From Faecousia sp. (GTDB lineage: Bacteria; Bacillota; Clostridia; Oscillospirales; Oscillospiraceae): a DNA stretch of 64,000 nt. The notes under the pieces are model-generated. The model did not search any database, had not been told where the DNA came from, and saw only the letters and a list, made by a program, of their open reading frames with translations. The position numbers and the translations under genes are program-made. Below, in pieces: positions 1-9,626 of this stretch. The stretch spans positions 82 through 64,081 of the forward strand of contig JAZOAV010000040.1 of NCBI GenBank assembly GCA_045595645.1. The letters are read 5' to 3'. The first letter of the stretch is position 1, and every line of letters starts with the position of its first letter.

Positions 1-1
1 C

Positions 2-202
2 TTCACCTTCTACGGCTTGCTGGCTTCCGAATTGCGCACCGTTGTGGATGTCGCCATCTATGAGGGCAACACCCAGCTCAGCGAAACCCTCCGCTACAGT
101 GCCGAAACCTACGCCTCCAAGACCGGCGGCACAGTATTGGAATCCCTTACCCGCGCCCTGTTCGCCTACTCCGACAGCGCAAAAGCGTATTTTGCAAAAT
201 AA
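2..202 (+). CDS. 3' end of a larger protein, truncated by the window edge (probably a secreted/surface protein C-terminal domain)
   Basis: Frame is open from base 2 to TAA at 200-202; ends ...ALFAYSDSAKAYFAK; host-like codon usage. Confidence 0.6.
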   Translation, partial: FTFYGLLASELRTVVDVAIYEGNTQLSETLRYSAETYASKTGGTVLESLTRALFAYSDSAKAYFAK

Positions 203-226
203 CGCGTTCTTCCTTCCGTAAAACTC

Positions 227-250
227 GTAGGGGACGATGCCTACATCGTT
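227..250 (+). repeat. GTAG-type REP palindrome (degenerate)
   Basis: GTAGGGGACGATGCCTACATCGTT, near-identical to the REP at 48328. Confidence 0.65.
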
Positions 251-334
251 ACGACACTTTTTTCAGAATACTATATATTGTGCTTGCAAAGCGGCGGGAA
301 ATCGGATATACTGAAATACAAAGGAGGGATGACA

Positions 335-1369
335 ATGCTGAAAGAACACCGAAGGGCACTCCACGCCATTCCGGAGCTGGATATTCATGTACCCAAGACC
401 GCGGCCTATGTGCGGCAGGTCTTATCAGCCTTCCCCTGTCAGATAGTCTCTCCTTGGGGAGATGCGGTCTGCGCCTATTTTGATTTCGGCAAGGCAAAAA
501 CCCTCGCCTTCCGCTGCGACATGGATGCCCTGCCCATTCGGGAGGAAACGGGCTTACCTTTTGCTTCCCGCCACGACGGACGGATGCACGCCTGCGGCCA
601 CGATGGTCACATGGCAATTATGCTGGGACTGGCGGCTCATTTGGCTGAGCATCCGGCGCAGGAAAATGTCCTTTTGATTTTCCAGCCTGCGGAGGAGACC
701 ATCGGCGGAGCCAGAGAGCTTTGTCTCACGGGGCTGCTGGAAACCTATAAAGTCAAAGCCATTTTCGGCTTGCACCTTTGGCCAATGCTGCCCAAGCATC
801 AGGTGGCCTCTCGTGCCGGCGGTATGATGGCGCGCGCTTCGGAGCTGACGGTGGAAGTTTTCGGCCGCAGTGTCCATCTTGCCAAGTGGCAGGATGGGAA
901 AGATGCTCTGGCGGCAGCGGCAGAATTCGTCCAAAAGGCCTATGCCATAAATGCACCCTGTCTGCTTCGCTTCGGCAAGCTCACCAGCGGCTCTGTGCGC
1001 AATGCGGTGAGTGACTACAGCCGTCTGGAAGGCTCTCTGCGTGGCTTCGATGACGCAATTTTAGAGAAGGTTTGGCAAAGCTTGCAGGATATTGCCGCTG
1101 AAAGCGAATGCGAAATTCGACTCCACCGCAGTCAGGGCTACCCGCCGGTGTGTAACGATGCCGCCCTACTGCAATGGGCAAAGCAGCGCTACCCCATAGG
1201 AGAAACAGAGCCCTGTTATATCGCAGAGGACTTTTCCGAATACCAACTACGGGTGCCCGGCGTCTTTTTCTTTCTTGGAACGGGCGGCGAGCCCCTCCAT
1301 TCTCCCAAGTTCGACTTTGATGAAACCGTCCTGGACACAGGCTTAGCCTTGTTCCGTTCCCTGCTTTAG
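335..1369 (+). CDS. M20D amidohydrolase (hippurate hydrolase / N-acyl-DAP deacylase-like)
   Basis: RCDMDALP, MHACGHDGH, FQPAEE, EDF, LHSPKFDFDE motifs; RBS AAGGAGGG before ATG 335. Confidence 0.88.
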   Translation: MLKEHRRALHAIPELDIHVPKTAAYVRQVLSAFPCQIVSPWGDAVCAYFDFGKAKTLAFRCDMDALPIREETGLPFASRHDGRMHACGHDGHMAIMLGLAAHLAEHPAQENVLLIFQPAEETIGGARELCLTGLLETYKVKAIFGLHLWPMLPKHQVASRAGGMMARASELTVEVFGRSVHLAKWQDGKDALAAAAEFVQKAYAINAPCLLRFGKLTSGSVRNAVSDYSRLEGSLRGFDDAILEKVWQSLQDIAAESECEIRLHRSQGYPPVCNDAALLQWAKQRYPIGETEPCYIAEDFSEYQLRVPGVFFFLGTGGEPLHSPKFDFDETVLDTGLALFRSLL

Positions 1370-1385
1370 TACCGTTGGAGGAACT

Positions 1386-2453
1386 ATGCTCAAGATGATT
1401 TCACGGCTGCTGCTGTCGGGTGTCTGCCTGGTGGTAACAATGGTTTTTGTGCTATTTGCAAAATATAGCGGCGATTGGTTTTTCTACTTTTATCCCGACC
1501 TTTCCCGCAAGCTGCTGGGGCTGCTGTCCGCTGTGACTTCCCCCATTCCCATTGCCCTGTGGGAGCTGATTTTGGTAGGGCTTCTGCTGTGGATGTTCTA
1601 CACCCTTCTGCGAAGCCTATGGCCCTTCCGCCTTCACATATGGTTGTCGGGGGTCATTCTGACCCTCAGTACAGGCGTATTGATTTTTGTGGCTCTGTGG
1701 GGCTTGAATTATTTTGCTCCCTCTATGGAGTCCCGCATGGAGCTGCCCGAACAGCAATACACCGTTGCACAGCTCAAGGAAGCGACGGCTTACTATCGGG
1801 ATATGGCAAATCTCTGGGCACCCGAAGTGCGGCGGGATGCGCGGGGAGCCATGGTCAGCTACGATTTCTACAATTTAGCTGAACGGGCGAATGAGGGCTA
1901 CGAAGTCCTCGGAAACGAATTTTCCTGCTTAAAGGGCTGCACCGATTCGGTCAAGCCCCTGTTTTTCAGCAAATTCTTTACGAAAACGGGCACGACAGGA
2001 ATATTTATTGCTTTCACTGGAGAAAGTACCGTCTCCACGGAGACCTATCCTGCCGCCGTACCCTTTACTATGTGTCACGAAATTGGTCACCGCATGGCCT
2101 TTGCCCGTGAGGACGAGGCAAATTTCGCAGGTTTTTTGGCCTGCATCGAGAACGAAGCACCGGAATTTCGTTACTCCGGTTACTACATGGCCTTCCGCTA
2201 TTGCTACAACGCCCTGTACAAGGTAGATGCAGGTGCCGCTGACTCTGTGTGGTACGGCGTGAAGGAATATTTGGCGGCAGATTGCAACGCCTCCGTGAAG
2301 CACTACGAGGAGCGGCAGAACGAGACACTCACCGCCGTAACCGATGTGGTGTACGACAATTACTTACAGAGCTTTGATGTGGAAAGCGGCATCCAATCCT
2401 ACGGTGAGGTTGCGGATTTGCTGCTGGCTTGGTATTTTGAGAGGATCAAATGA
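1386..2453 (+). CDS. DUF3810-like membrane-anchored zincin-type protein
   Basis: N-terminal TM helices, WGLNY, PFTMCHEIGH (HExxH), EDEANF. Confidence 0.8.
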   Translation: MLKMISRLLLSGVCLVVTMVFVLFAKYSGDWFFYFYPDLSRKLLGLLSAVTSPIPIALWELILVGLLLWMFYTLLRSLWPFRLHIWLSGVILTLSTGVLIFVALWGLNYFAPSMESRMELPEQQYTVAQLKEATAYYRDMANLWAPEVRRDARGAMVSYDFYNLAERANEGYEVLGNEFSCLKGCTDSVKPLFFSKFFTKTGTTGIFIAFTGESTVSTETYPAAVPFTMCHEIGHRMAFAREDEANFAGFLACIENEAPEFRYSGYYMAFRYCYNALYKVDAGAADSVWYGVKEYLAADCNASVKHYEERQNETLTAVTDVVYDNYLQSFDVESGIQSYGEVADLLLAWYFERIK

Positions 2454-3634
2454 GAAAGAATTTAACCCTGCCCTACGCCCTGCAGCAGACCATCCTGTGG
2501 GCAGAATTCGGATTTTTAATTGCCTTTGCCTACCCTTATCTCACGGAACAAACGGGTTTGACGGACGGCACCGCCGGTCTGGTACTGGGCATTGCCACGG
2601 CAACTGCCTTCCTGTTGCAGCCGGTTTTGACCACTTTAGTCGATAAAACCAGCCTCAACACCCGCAGCATCTCCCTGCTCATTTCCGCCCTGGGCGCAGC
2701 CTGTGCAGGTGCAGCGGCCCTGACTGTGGGCGGCTCTGCACTGCTTTTTGCGGCGGCCTGTGTCTGTCTGCAAATCGCCCCCGCCTTTTCCAATGCCATG
2801 GGCATGCAGGCCATTCGGGTGGGCTACAGCCTGAATTTTGCCGTGGCTCGTGCCTGCGGCTCGGTCAGCTTCGGTGTGGCAGCCAAACTGACCGCCGTTC
2901 TGATTTCCAAGTTCGGCAATCAGGCCATCGCTGCTGCCGCTGCCATCAGTGCGATCCTGTTCTGTGCCGTAACCCTGTTCTTCCCCTCGGTACATACAAC
3001 AGCGGAGGCAAAAAAGCCCACGCCTATCAAGGAATTCTTTCGGGAAAATCCCCGTTTTCTCTTTGTGTTACTCGCTTCCGTCCTCATGTACATCGGTCAC
3101 AACGCCCTTTCCAATGCCATGTATCGGGTAGTGGAGAGCAAGCTCCCTGTCGGTGTAGAGGAAGCCGCCGTGACGAATTTGCAGGGAACGGTGCTGATGG
3201 TGGTAGCTTTTTTGGAGCTGCCCACCATGTTCCTGTTCCGCAAGCTGCTGAAAACCCTGCGTTGCGATGTGTGGCTGGGCATTTCCTGTGCGTGCATGAC
3301 CCTGCGCCTGCTTCTGACCTGGCTGCTGCCGGGAGAAATGGGCATCGTGCTGGCGCAGCTCACCCAAATGGGCGGCTACGCCATCTATGCGGTGGCCTCG
3401 GTGTACTATGTAGGCTCAGTGATCTCCAAGGAAAATGTGGTAAAGGGACAGACCTATTTGGGTGCCTCCAACACCTTGGGTTGCCTGATTGCCTATTTCG
3501 TAGGCGGGAATCTGACGGAACACTTTGGCGTAGAGTCCATGCTTCTGACCAGCTTGGTCACTGCCGCCTTGGGCACGCTGATTATGCTCCTGTCCATGGA
3601 ACGAGTAGAACAAACCGCCGGTGCAAACGAGTAG
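2450..3634 (+). CDS. MFS transporter
   Basis: About 12 hydrophobic segments in 394 aa, ARACGSVSF motif; ATGA overlap with upstream gene. Confidence 0.85.
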   Translation: MRKNLTLPYALQQTILWAEFGFLIAFAYPYLTEQTGLTDGTAGLVLGIATATAFLLQPVLTTLVDKTSLNTRSISLLISALGAACAGAAALTVGGSALLFAAACVCLQIAPAFSNAMGMQAIRVGYSLNFAVARACGSVSFGVAAKLTAVLISKFGNQAIAAAAAISAILFCAVTLFFPSVHTTAEAKKPTPIKEFFRENPRFLFVLLASVLMYIGHNALSNAMYRVVESKLPVGVEEAAVTNLQGTVLMVVAFLELPTMFLFRKLLKTLRCDVWLGISCACMTLRLLLTWLLPGEMGIVLAQLTQMGGYAIYAVASVYYVGSVISKENVVKGQTYLGASNTLGCLIAYFVGGNLTEHFGVESMLLTSLVTAALGTLIMLLSMERVEQTAGANE

Positions 3635-3738
3635 GAATAATACCAAAAACGCTGAAAACCCGCATAAACACTGGGTTTTCGAGGTTTGAAAAAGCCTCGT
3701 GACAACGTTTTGACAACAATTTCAGATTATTCATAAAT

Positions 3739-3785
3739 AAAGAGCTAACAGATTTTTGTTACAAAGTCTGTTAGCTCTTTTTGTT
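3739..3785. terminator. Bidirectional intrinsic terminator
   Basis: AAAGAGCTAACAGA...TCTGTTAGCTCTTT stem with A/T tracts on both sides, between convergent genes. Confidence 0.8.
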
Positions 3786-4538
3786 TTATTCTTCGACGGT
3801 TTCATATCGTCTAACGATTTTGGCTTTTTCAAAAAAGTCTTTTTCGTAAAGTGATGACTTTTCTATGGGACAATAAAAACCTTTAGATAAGCAGTATTGC
3901 TTCATTGTGTTAACAAACCACTCATCGGCCCTTGGATCAAAAGTAATAGATTTAATGAAGGTCAGAGGATCAAAATCAAAACCCATTACAGGAATATCCC
4001 AACAGTTTGGAATTTCTCGATATGCTTGCAGGCATACCAAAAGTCGCACTTCGTTTTCGTGTTTGAACGCTTCTCGCTTTAATGCCATATCGCCAGCGTA
4101 ACAATAAGAACTGTTTTCTGCTATTTCTTTTCTCTTTTCAATATAATTATCTTTATTGAAATAAATGACCTTAGCTAAAACGGCTTCTCTTAATCCTTGA
4201 ATTTCTCGAAAACAATCAACATTGGTTTCGATCATTATACCTTGTCGGTCTGGAGAATAGATACGCCACATTGCATCTGAATCTTTATCATAAGTCCAAC
4301 ATTGCCCTACAGTAGAAGATGTAAGTAACGATTCGAAATAAACTTTTTCTCCAGATTCTGTAATCATAGGTAATTGGTCATCGGGACCTTCCCAAGTATC
4401 TTCCCATCGTTTTACCTTGTTTAGAAAGAGCTTGCGATTTTCAACGATGGAAAGAAACTGGGCTAAAGACATATAGCGAAACAAACTTTTGCTTGTGTCT
4501 ATGTTATTGCTTACAAATAATACTTCGTCATTATTCAT
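3786..4538 (-). CDS. DUF2971-domain protein
   Basis: FRYMSL, CWT..DSDAMWRIYS, K..AFKHENEVRL motifs; ATG 4538 overlaps the upstream stop. Confidence 0.75.
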   Translation of the reverse strand: MNNDEVLFVSNNIDTSKSLFRYMSLAQFLSIVENRKLFLNKVKRWEDTWEGPDDQLPMITESGEKVYFESLLTSSTVGQCWTYDKDSDAMWRIYSPDRQGIMIETNVDCFREIQGLREAVLAKVIYFNKDNYIEKRKEIAENSSYCYAGDMALKREAFKHENEVRLLVCLQAYREIPNCWDIPVMGFDFDPLTFIKSITFDPRADEWFVNTMKQYCLSKGFYCPIEKSSLYEKDFFEKAKIVRRYETVEE

Positions 4539-4833
4539 TTTCCGTGCTTGCCTTTCTGCGAAGTTCGTCAAGAGCATCCCTTGTGCGCTGCACCTCTACT
4601 TCGGGGTATGTATAACGCCAAGTATTGTATTCCTCTTTTGAGATTTCTCCGTTCTTTAACTTCTCAGCCTGCTCTTTCCAAGCGGATAACATCTCAAACA
4701 TAGTAATGTATTTTGTACCCATACCCTTGTCTAAATGCAGACAAAGCTCCCCGTCGATTTCAATGATTCTAAGACCATATAAATCCTCAAGGGTAAATAA
4801 GGTGCGCATCAAATCAAATTCTTTTGTAGCCAT
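4531..4833 (-). pseudogene. C-terminal half of an ICE/IME-type XRE regulator lacking its N-terminal HTH
   Basis: LMRTLFTLEDLYGL..IDGELCL..GEISKEEYNTWRYTYP resembles the C-terminal part of clostridial XRE proteins; no HTH and no clear RBS. Confidence 0.55.
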
Positions 4834-4836
4834 GCA

Positions 4837-5511
4837 TCAATCCTCCTGCTCGTCATCCTCAATCTCGCTATTATCGTACTCCAACAGATCTTCTACACGG
4901 CAACCGAGGACTTTTGCCAAAGCAAGGAGCGTCGCTCCTGCGGCTTTGTTAATATCCTTGGCACGAATTTCATACTGTTGCAAAGTGCGCAGATTGACGC
5001 CAACCTTTTCTGCAAGCTCTCTTTGCGAATAACCGCTGACCTTGCGTTGCGCCTGCAAACGGGTCGGCGGGTTCTTTCTTCGGATCATGCGATTCACAAT
5101 ATCTACAAATTTCTTCTCGGATGCTTCATGCAAAGTAGGATAGAGCTTTTCAATCTCCTGCATGGTGATATGCTTTTCAATCTCCTTAAAACTGCGTCCG
5201 CTGTACCATTGATAGTAAGCAAGAATCCAACCGCACCAATATTGCGGGGAATAGTCATAGTCAATCTGTGCCTGCGGAAAATCCATATCCATTCCGGACT
5301 TTGTGAGCACATCCATCACAAGCTCTGTGCCGGATACACCGGAGACATACTTGGGAACGCCTACAGCAAACTGTTCTGCAAAACCCGTGCCAATAAACAG
5401 TTCAAGGAAACTGTCCATATTCATCTGACAGCGATTGGCGGCATAGTCCATAGCTTCCCCTAAGCACTGCATGGCATCATCCAAATATTGCTTATCGTAA
5501 GCGCGGATCAT
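4837..5511 (-). CDS. XRE-family HTH protein (C-terminal HTH), DUF3990 partner
   Basis: SQRELAEKVGVNLRTLQQYE HTH; YW.GWILAYYQW and YPTLHEAS motifs; RBS GAGGAGG. Confidence 0.8.
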   Translation of the reverse strand: MIRAYDKQYLDDAMQCLGEAMDYAANRCQMNMDSFLELFIGTGFAEQFAVGVPKYVSGVSGTELVMDVLTKSGMDMDFPQAQIDYDYSPQYWCGWILAYYQWYSGRSFKEIEKHITMQEIEKLYPTLHEASEKKFVDIVNRMIRRKNPPTRLQAQRKVSGYSQRELAEKVGVNLRTLQQYEIRAKDINKAAGATLLALAKVLGCRVEDLLEYDNSEIEDDEQED

Positions 5512-6169
5512 TTGCTTGCGCCTCCTCACGGATCATGTCTCTCATGTATAAACCATCCAAATCGTCTTTTTCAAGCTCGGCACGAAAAGCAGCTCTTGCT
5601 TCCTCATCACGGGTCTTTCTTTTTGCGTAATACACGGTATTATCAGCAATCTCATAAGAAACAAACCGTATCTTCTCAAAGGCAGCAGGACTTTTCAAAA
5701 CGAACTGTTCCCCGAGCTTGCCCAGACGCATAGCATAGGAAAGCTGTTTGAGCGAAATCTCGTTATTGATAAATGCTCTTGCAAAAGAGAAATAAGAATC
5801 GTCCGCACGGTAGCCAATCACTGCATCATACGGTGTCAGATCAAGGAGAAAATGTTCTTTTAACCAATCCGCACCTCGCTTCATCACAGGAGTGGAAACA
5901 CGGAATTTTCGGTACTTCATTAGTAGAGCCAGCCAATGCAGAATGGTGTATTCGCTTGAAGAAAGATTCAGAACAACGAGCTCAGCAGTATCCATTTCAT
6001 ATTTGTTTGCATAACCGTCTATATTTTCAGTGCAAGCCCATTCCTTTGCAAGCTCCAAATGCTCTGTACAGTAAAAGCCCTTTCCATAGTCGTTATATGA
6101 TTTCCCTTTTCCAAACACAGGTCTTTGAATGATTTCGGGTGAACCGTGATATAGAATTCGTTTACTCAT
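5492..6169 (-). CDS. DUF3990-domain protein
   Basis: LYHGS, DYGKGFYCT, AKEWA, GYRADDSY, LGEQ motifs; RBS GGAGG. Confidence 0.8.
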   Translation of the reverse strand: MSKRILYHGSPEIIQRPVFGKGKSYNDYGKGFYCTEHLELAKEWACTENIDGYANKYEMDTAELVVLNLSSSEYTILHWLALLMKYRKFRVSTPVMKRGADWLKEHFLLDLTPYDAVIGYRADDSYFSFARAFINNEISLKQLSYAMRLGKLGEQFVLKSPAAFEKIRFVSYEIADNTVYYAKRKTRDEEARAAFRAELEKDDLDGLYMRDMIREEAQANDPRLR

Positions 6170-6183
6170 TTTCACTGCCTCCA

Positions 6184-6238
6184 TACTTCTTTAGAGTTAC
6201 CTTGTATATATTATACTTCTAAAGAAGTACATAGTCAA
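6184..6238 (-). promoter_or_regulatory. SigA promoter with two operator-like palindromes
   Basis: TTGACT (6238-6233) N17 TATAAT (6215-6210); boxes TACTTCTAAAGAAGTA (6214-6229) and TACTTCTTTAGAGTTA (6184-6199). Confidence 0.7.
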
Positions 6239-6269
6239 TATGTTTGCTGAAAAATTTACATCTAATTTA

Positions 6270-6307
6270 AAGGGGCTGTAGCAATGTTCTTTTGCTACAG
6301 CCCCTTG
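6270..6307 (-). terminator. Intrinsic terminator after aspS
   Basis: AAGGGGCTGTAGCAA...TTGCTACAGCCCCTT stem. Confidence 0.75.
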
Positions 6308-6310
6308 TTA

Positions 6311-8083
6311 TTACTTGCAATCCTTTTCCACGATGGAAATATGCACATCGCTGAGCTGCTTGGGTTCTACCGCGGTGGGTGCGCCCATCATCAGGTCTTG
6401 TGCATTCTTGTTCATGGGGAAGGTGATAACCTCACGGATGCTCTCCTCGCCCAGCAGCAGCATCACAATGCGGTCAATACCGGGGGCTGCGCCTGCATGG
6501 GGAGGTGCGCCGTAGGTAAAGGCGTTGTACATAGCGGGGAACTTAGCCTTCACATCCTCTTCACCCAAGCCGACCATCTGGAAGGCCTTGACCATGATTT
6601 CGGGGTCATGGTTCCGCACGGCGCCGGAAGCGGTTTCGTAGCCGTTGCAAACCAAGTCGTACTGATGGGCATTGATGGCCAGCAGCTTGGCCTCGTCGCC
6701 TTCCGCATCCTCCAAGGTCTTCAGACCGCCCTGGGGCATGGAGAAGGGGTTGTGGCAGAATTCCAGCTTGCCGGATTCCTCGCCCATTTCGTACATGGGG
6801 AAGTCCACGATCCAGCAAAGTGCAAACTGTTCCTCGTCAAAGTGACCGGGCAGGCGGGTGCCCATGAACTTACGGATGACACCGGCGGTCTTCTGTGCGG
6901 CGGGCTTCTTGCCGGCGGCCATGCAGACAAAACTGCCGGGCTTCAGGTTCAGGCGTTCCTTCAGGCTGTCGATGCACTCGCCGAGGAACTTGGAAATGCC
7001 GCCGGTGAGCTGTCCGTTTTCGTCCAAACGGAACCAGCAAGCCTTGTTTGCGGTGGTCATTTCCACATCGGCTAAGAGCTTGTCGATCCACTTACGGGTC
7101 TGATTGAAGTCGTCCACGGCGACCGCCTTGACGGTGGCACCCTCAAAGGGGCCGAAGCCGCAGCCCTGCACCAAGTCGGAAATATCCTCGATCTCCAAGT
7201 CGATACGCAGGTCGGGCTTGTCCGAGCCATAGCGTTCCATGGCTTCATTGAAGGGAATGTGACGGAAGGGAGCGGGAGACACTCTCTTGTATTTGCCGAA
7301 GTTGGCAAATACGGGACGCAGAACCTCTTCCAAGGTGGTCAGCACATCGTCCTGGGTGGCAAAGGCCATTTCCATATCCAACTGATAGAATTCGCCGGGG
7401 GTGCGGTCTGCACGGGCGTCCTCATCACGGAAGCAGGGAGCAATCTGGAAATAACGGTCAAAGCCGGAGGTCATCAGAAGCTGCTTGAACTGCTGGGGAG
7501 CCTGAGGCAGAGCGTAGAACTTGCCGGGATGATTTCTGGCAGGAACCAGATAGTCTCTTGCACCCTCGGGGCTGGAAGCCGTGAGGATGGGTGTGGTGAT
7601 TTCCAAAAAACCCTTTTCCGTCATGCGGCGGCGAATGTCGGCCACCACCTGACAGCGCAGGATGATATTACTCTTGACAGCGGGATTCCGCAGGTCCAGA
7701 TAGCGGTACTTCAGACGCACATTTTCGTCTGCATCCTTACTCTTGTTGATTTCAAAGGGAAGCTGGTTGTGACGGCAGCGGCCCAAAATCTCAATCTTCT
7801 CAGGCACGACTTCGATTTCGCCCGTGGGCTGCTTGTCGTTCTTGCTGAAGCGTTCCCGCACCACGCCGCTGACGGCGATGGTGGACTCCCGATTGATGGA
7901 CTTGATAATGGCCATGGTTTCCTCGTTCTCAATGACCACCTGAGTGGTGCCGTAGAAGTCACGCAGGACAACGAAAGCCAAATTTGCACCAACCTCACGG
8001 ACATTCTCCATCCAGCCCATGAGTGTAACAGTCTGACCGGCGTGCGCCAAACGCAGCTCGCCGCAATTATGTGTTCTGTTCAT
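6311..8083 (-). CDS. aspS: Aspartate--tRNA ligase
   Basis: RTHNCGEL, YRYLDLR, PEGARDYLVP, LPQAPQQFKQ, CFRDED, GAPPHAG. Confidence 0.97.
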   Translation of the reverse strand: MNRTHNCGELRLAHAGQTVTLMGWMENVREVGANLAFVVLRDFYGTTQVVIENEETMAIIKSINRESTIAVSGVVRERFSKNDKQPTGEIEVVPEKIEILGRCRHNQLPFEINKSKDADENVRLKYRYLDLRNPAVKSNIILRCQVVADIRRRMTEKGFLEITTPILTASSPEGARDYLVPARNHPGKFYALPQAPQQFKQLLMTSGFDRYFQIAPCFRDEDARADRTPGEFYQLDMEMAFATQDDVLTTLEEVLRPVFANFGKYKRVSPAPFRHIPFNEAMERYGSDKPDLRIDLEIEDISDLVQGCGFGPFEGATVKAVAVDDFNQTRKWIDKLLADVEMTTANKACWFRLDENGQLTGGISKFLGECIDSLKERLNLKPGSFVCMAAGKKPAAQKTAGVIRKFMGTRLPGHFDEEQFALCWIVDFPMYEMGEESGKLEFCHNPFSMPQGGLKTLEDAEGDEAKLLAINAHQYDLVCNGYETASGAVRNHDPEIMVKAFQMVGLGEEDVKAKFPAMYNAFTYGAPPHAGAAPGIDRIVMLLLGEESIREVITFPMNKNAQDLMMGAPTAVEPKQLSDVHISIVEKDCK

Positions 8084-8095
8084 GCTTATATCTCC

Positions 8096-9451
8096 TTATT
8101 TCTCTAAAATCACGGTGTCAGCGGACATAGCAGCAATGCCATCGAGCATGAGCTGTGCGGCAGCCTCCACAGAAAGGCTCTGCTGCTCGCCGCTGCGCAG
8201 ATTCTTCACGGAGCATTCGCCACGGGCGATCTCATCCTCGCCCAAAAATACCACATAGGGAATGCCCAGCTTGTCGGCATAGCCAATTTTCGCCTTAAAT
8301 TTCTTCTGCTCGGCATAAATCTGGGTGCGAATACCTGCGTTGCGCAACTTGGTAGCCAGTGCAACCGCCGCGCCCATATCCTCTGTCATGGGCAGGAGCA
8401 GGCAATCGGCAGGAGCCGTGGGCAGATTCTCGTTGAGCAGCTTTTGCTCGCCCAGCACATAGAACAGGCGGGTCAAGCCGATGGAAATGCCCACGCCGGG
8501 GAGCTGACGCTCGGTGTAATAGCCTGCCAAATTGTCGTAGCGGCCGCCGGAGCAGACGGAGCCGATTTCGGGATGATCCAGCAGGGTGGTTTCATACACC
8601 GTGCCGGTGTAGTAATCCAAGCCACGGGCAATGGTCAGATCCACGGCAAAATTTTCCTCGGGCACGCCGAAGGCCGCCAAATGCTTTGCAACCGCCGCCA
8701 ATTCCTCCAAGCCTAAGTCAAACATCTCGTTTTGGCCTCTCCAATTCTCCAAAGCCGCCAAAACCTCTGCGTTACTGCCCTTGATGGCGATAAACCGAAG
8801 GATTTCATCCGTCTGTTCCTCCGTCAGACCCTCCTCTAACAGGAGTGCCCGCACCTTTTCCGTGCCGATTTTATCCAGCTTATCCACGGTGCGCATAATG
8901 TCGCCGGACTTCTCCGTCAGACCCAGCAGGGCGTAAAAGCCGTTGAGCAGCTTACGGTTATTGACCCGAATGACAAAGCGTGTCAGACCGAAGCGACGGA
9001 AAATGGTATAGATAATAGAGGGAATTTCTGCCTCATTGAGAATATCTAACTTGCCGTCACCGATGATATCGATATCCGCCTGATAAAACTCGCGGAAGCG
9101 GCCTCTCTGGGCACGCTCGCCACGGTAGACCTTGCCGATTTGGTAACGGCGGAAGGGGAAGTGCAGCTCCCCTGCGTGCATGGCAACATATTTCGCCAGA
9201 GGCACCGTCAAATCAAAGCGCAGGGCCAAGTCACTGTCGCCCTTTTGGAAGCGGTAAATCTGCTTCTCCGTCTCGCCGCCGCCCTTTGCCAAAAGAATCT
9301 CAGAGGATTCCAGCACAGGCGTATCCAACGGGGTGAATCCGAAGAGTGCATAGGTTTCCCGCAAAATTTGCATCATTCGCTCCAACTGCATCTGAGGTGC
9401 AGGGAGCAGCTCCATAAATCCCGATAAGGTTCGGGGTGTAATTCGTTCCAT
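8096..9451 (-). CDS. hisS: Histidine--tRNA ligase
   Basis: LRFDLTVP, YRGERAQRGRFREFYQ, ARGLDYYTG, SGGRYD; ATG 9451 with RBS GGGAGG. Confidence 0.97.
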   Translation of the reverse strand: MERITPRTLSGFMELLPAPQMQLERMMQILRETYALFGFTPLDTPVLESSEILLAKGGGETEKQIYRFQKGDSDLALRFDLTVPLAKYVAMHAGELHFPFRRYQIGKVYRGERAQRGRFREFYQADIDIIGDGKLDILNEAEIPSIIYTIFRRFGLTRFVIRVNNRKLLNGFYALLGLTEKSGDIMRTVDKLDKIGTEKVRALLLEEGLTEEQTDEILRFIAIKGSNAEVLAALENWRGQNEMFDLGLEELAAVAKHLAAFGVPEENFAVDLTIARGLDYYTGTVYETTLLDHPEIGSVCSGGRYDNLAGYYTERQLPGVGISIGLTRLFYVLGEQKLLNENLPTAPADCLLLPMTEDMGAAVALATKLRNAGIRTQIYAEQKKFKAKIGYADKLGIPYVVFLGEDEIARGECSVKNLRSGEQQSLSVEAAAQLMLDGIAAMSADTVILEK

Positions 9452-9466
9452 AGTGTTTCCTCCCAA

Positions 9467-9626
9467 GGAAGCTCTGAATAAAACGCCGAGATCAGTCAGC
9501 GAGCTATTTTGTTTCAAATTGAGACATGAAAAACGCAGGAATACTTTGTGTATTTCAAGTTTTCCATGGCGAAAAGTTGGGACAAAAGAGCCGCTGAGTG
9601 CCGATGGCTATTTGTTCAGAGTTTCC
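9467..9626. mobile_element. 160-bp palindromic MITE-like element, copy 1
   Basis: Termini GGAAGCTCTGA / TCAGAGTTTCC; same length and colinear with 14949-15108; fills the dapB-hisS intergenic space. Confidence 0.85.

Larger units (their letters stand above)
3629..6310. mobile_element. Small AT-rich genomic islet / degraded integrative-element remnant
   Basis: Abrupt drop in GC and codon-usage change between MFS and aspS; left end has hairpin AAAACCC..GGGTTTT and TGACAAC direct repeat; contains truncated XRE gene; no integrase. Confidence 0.6.

Noticed and set aside
9452-9626. T-box upstream of hisS
   Set aside because: No TGG-ACC T-box bulge or specifier stem; the region is the repeat element.
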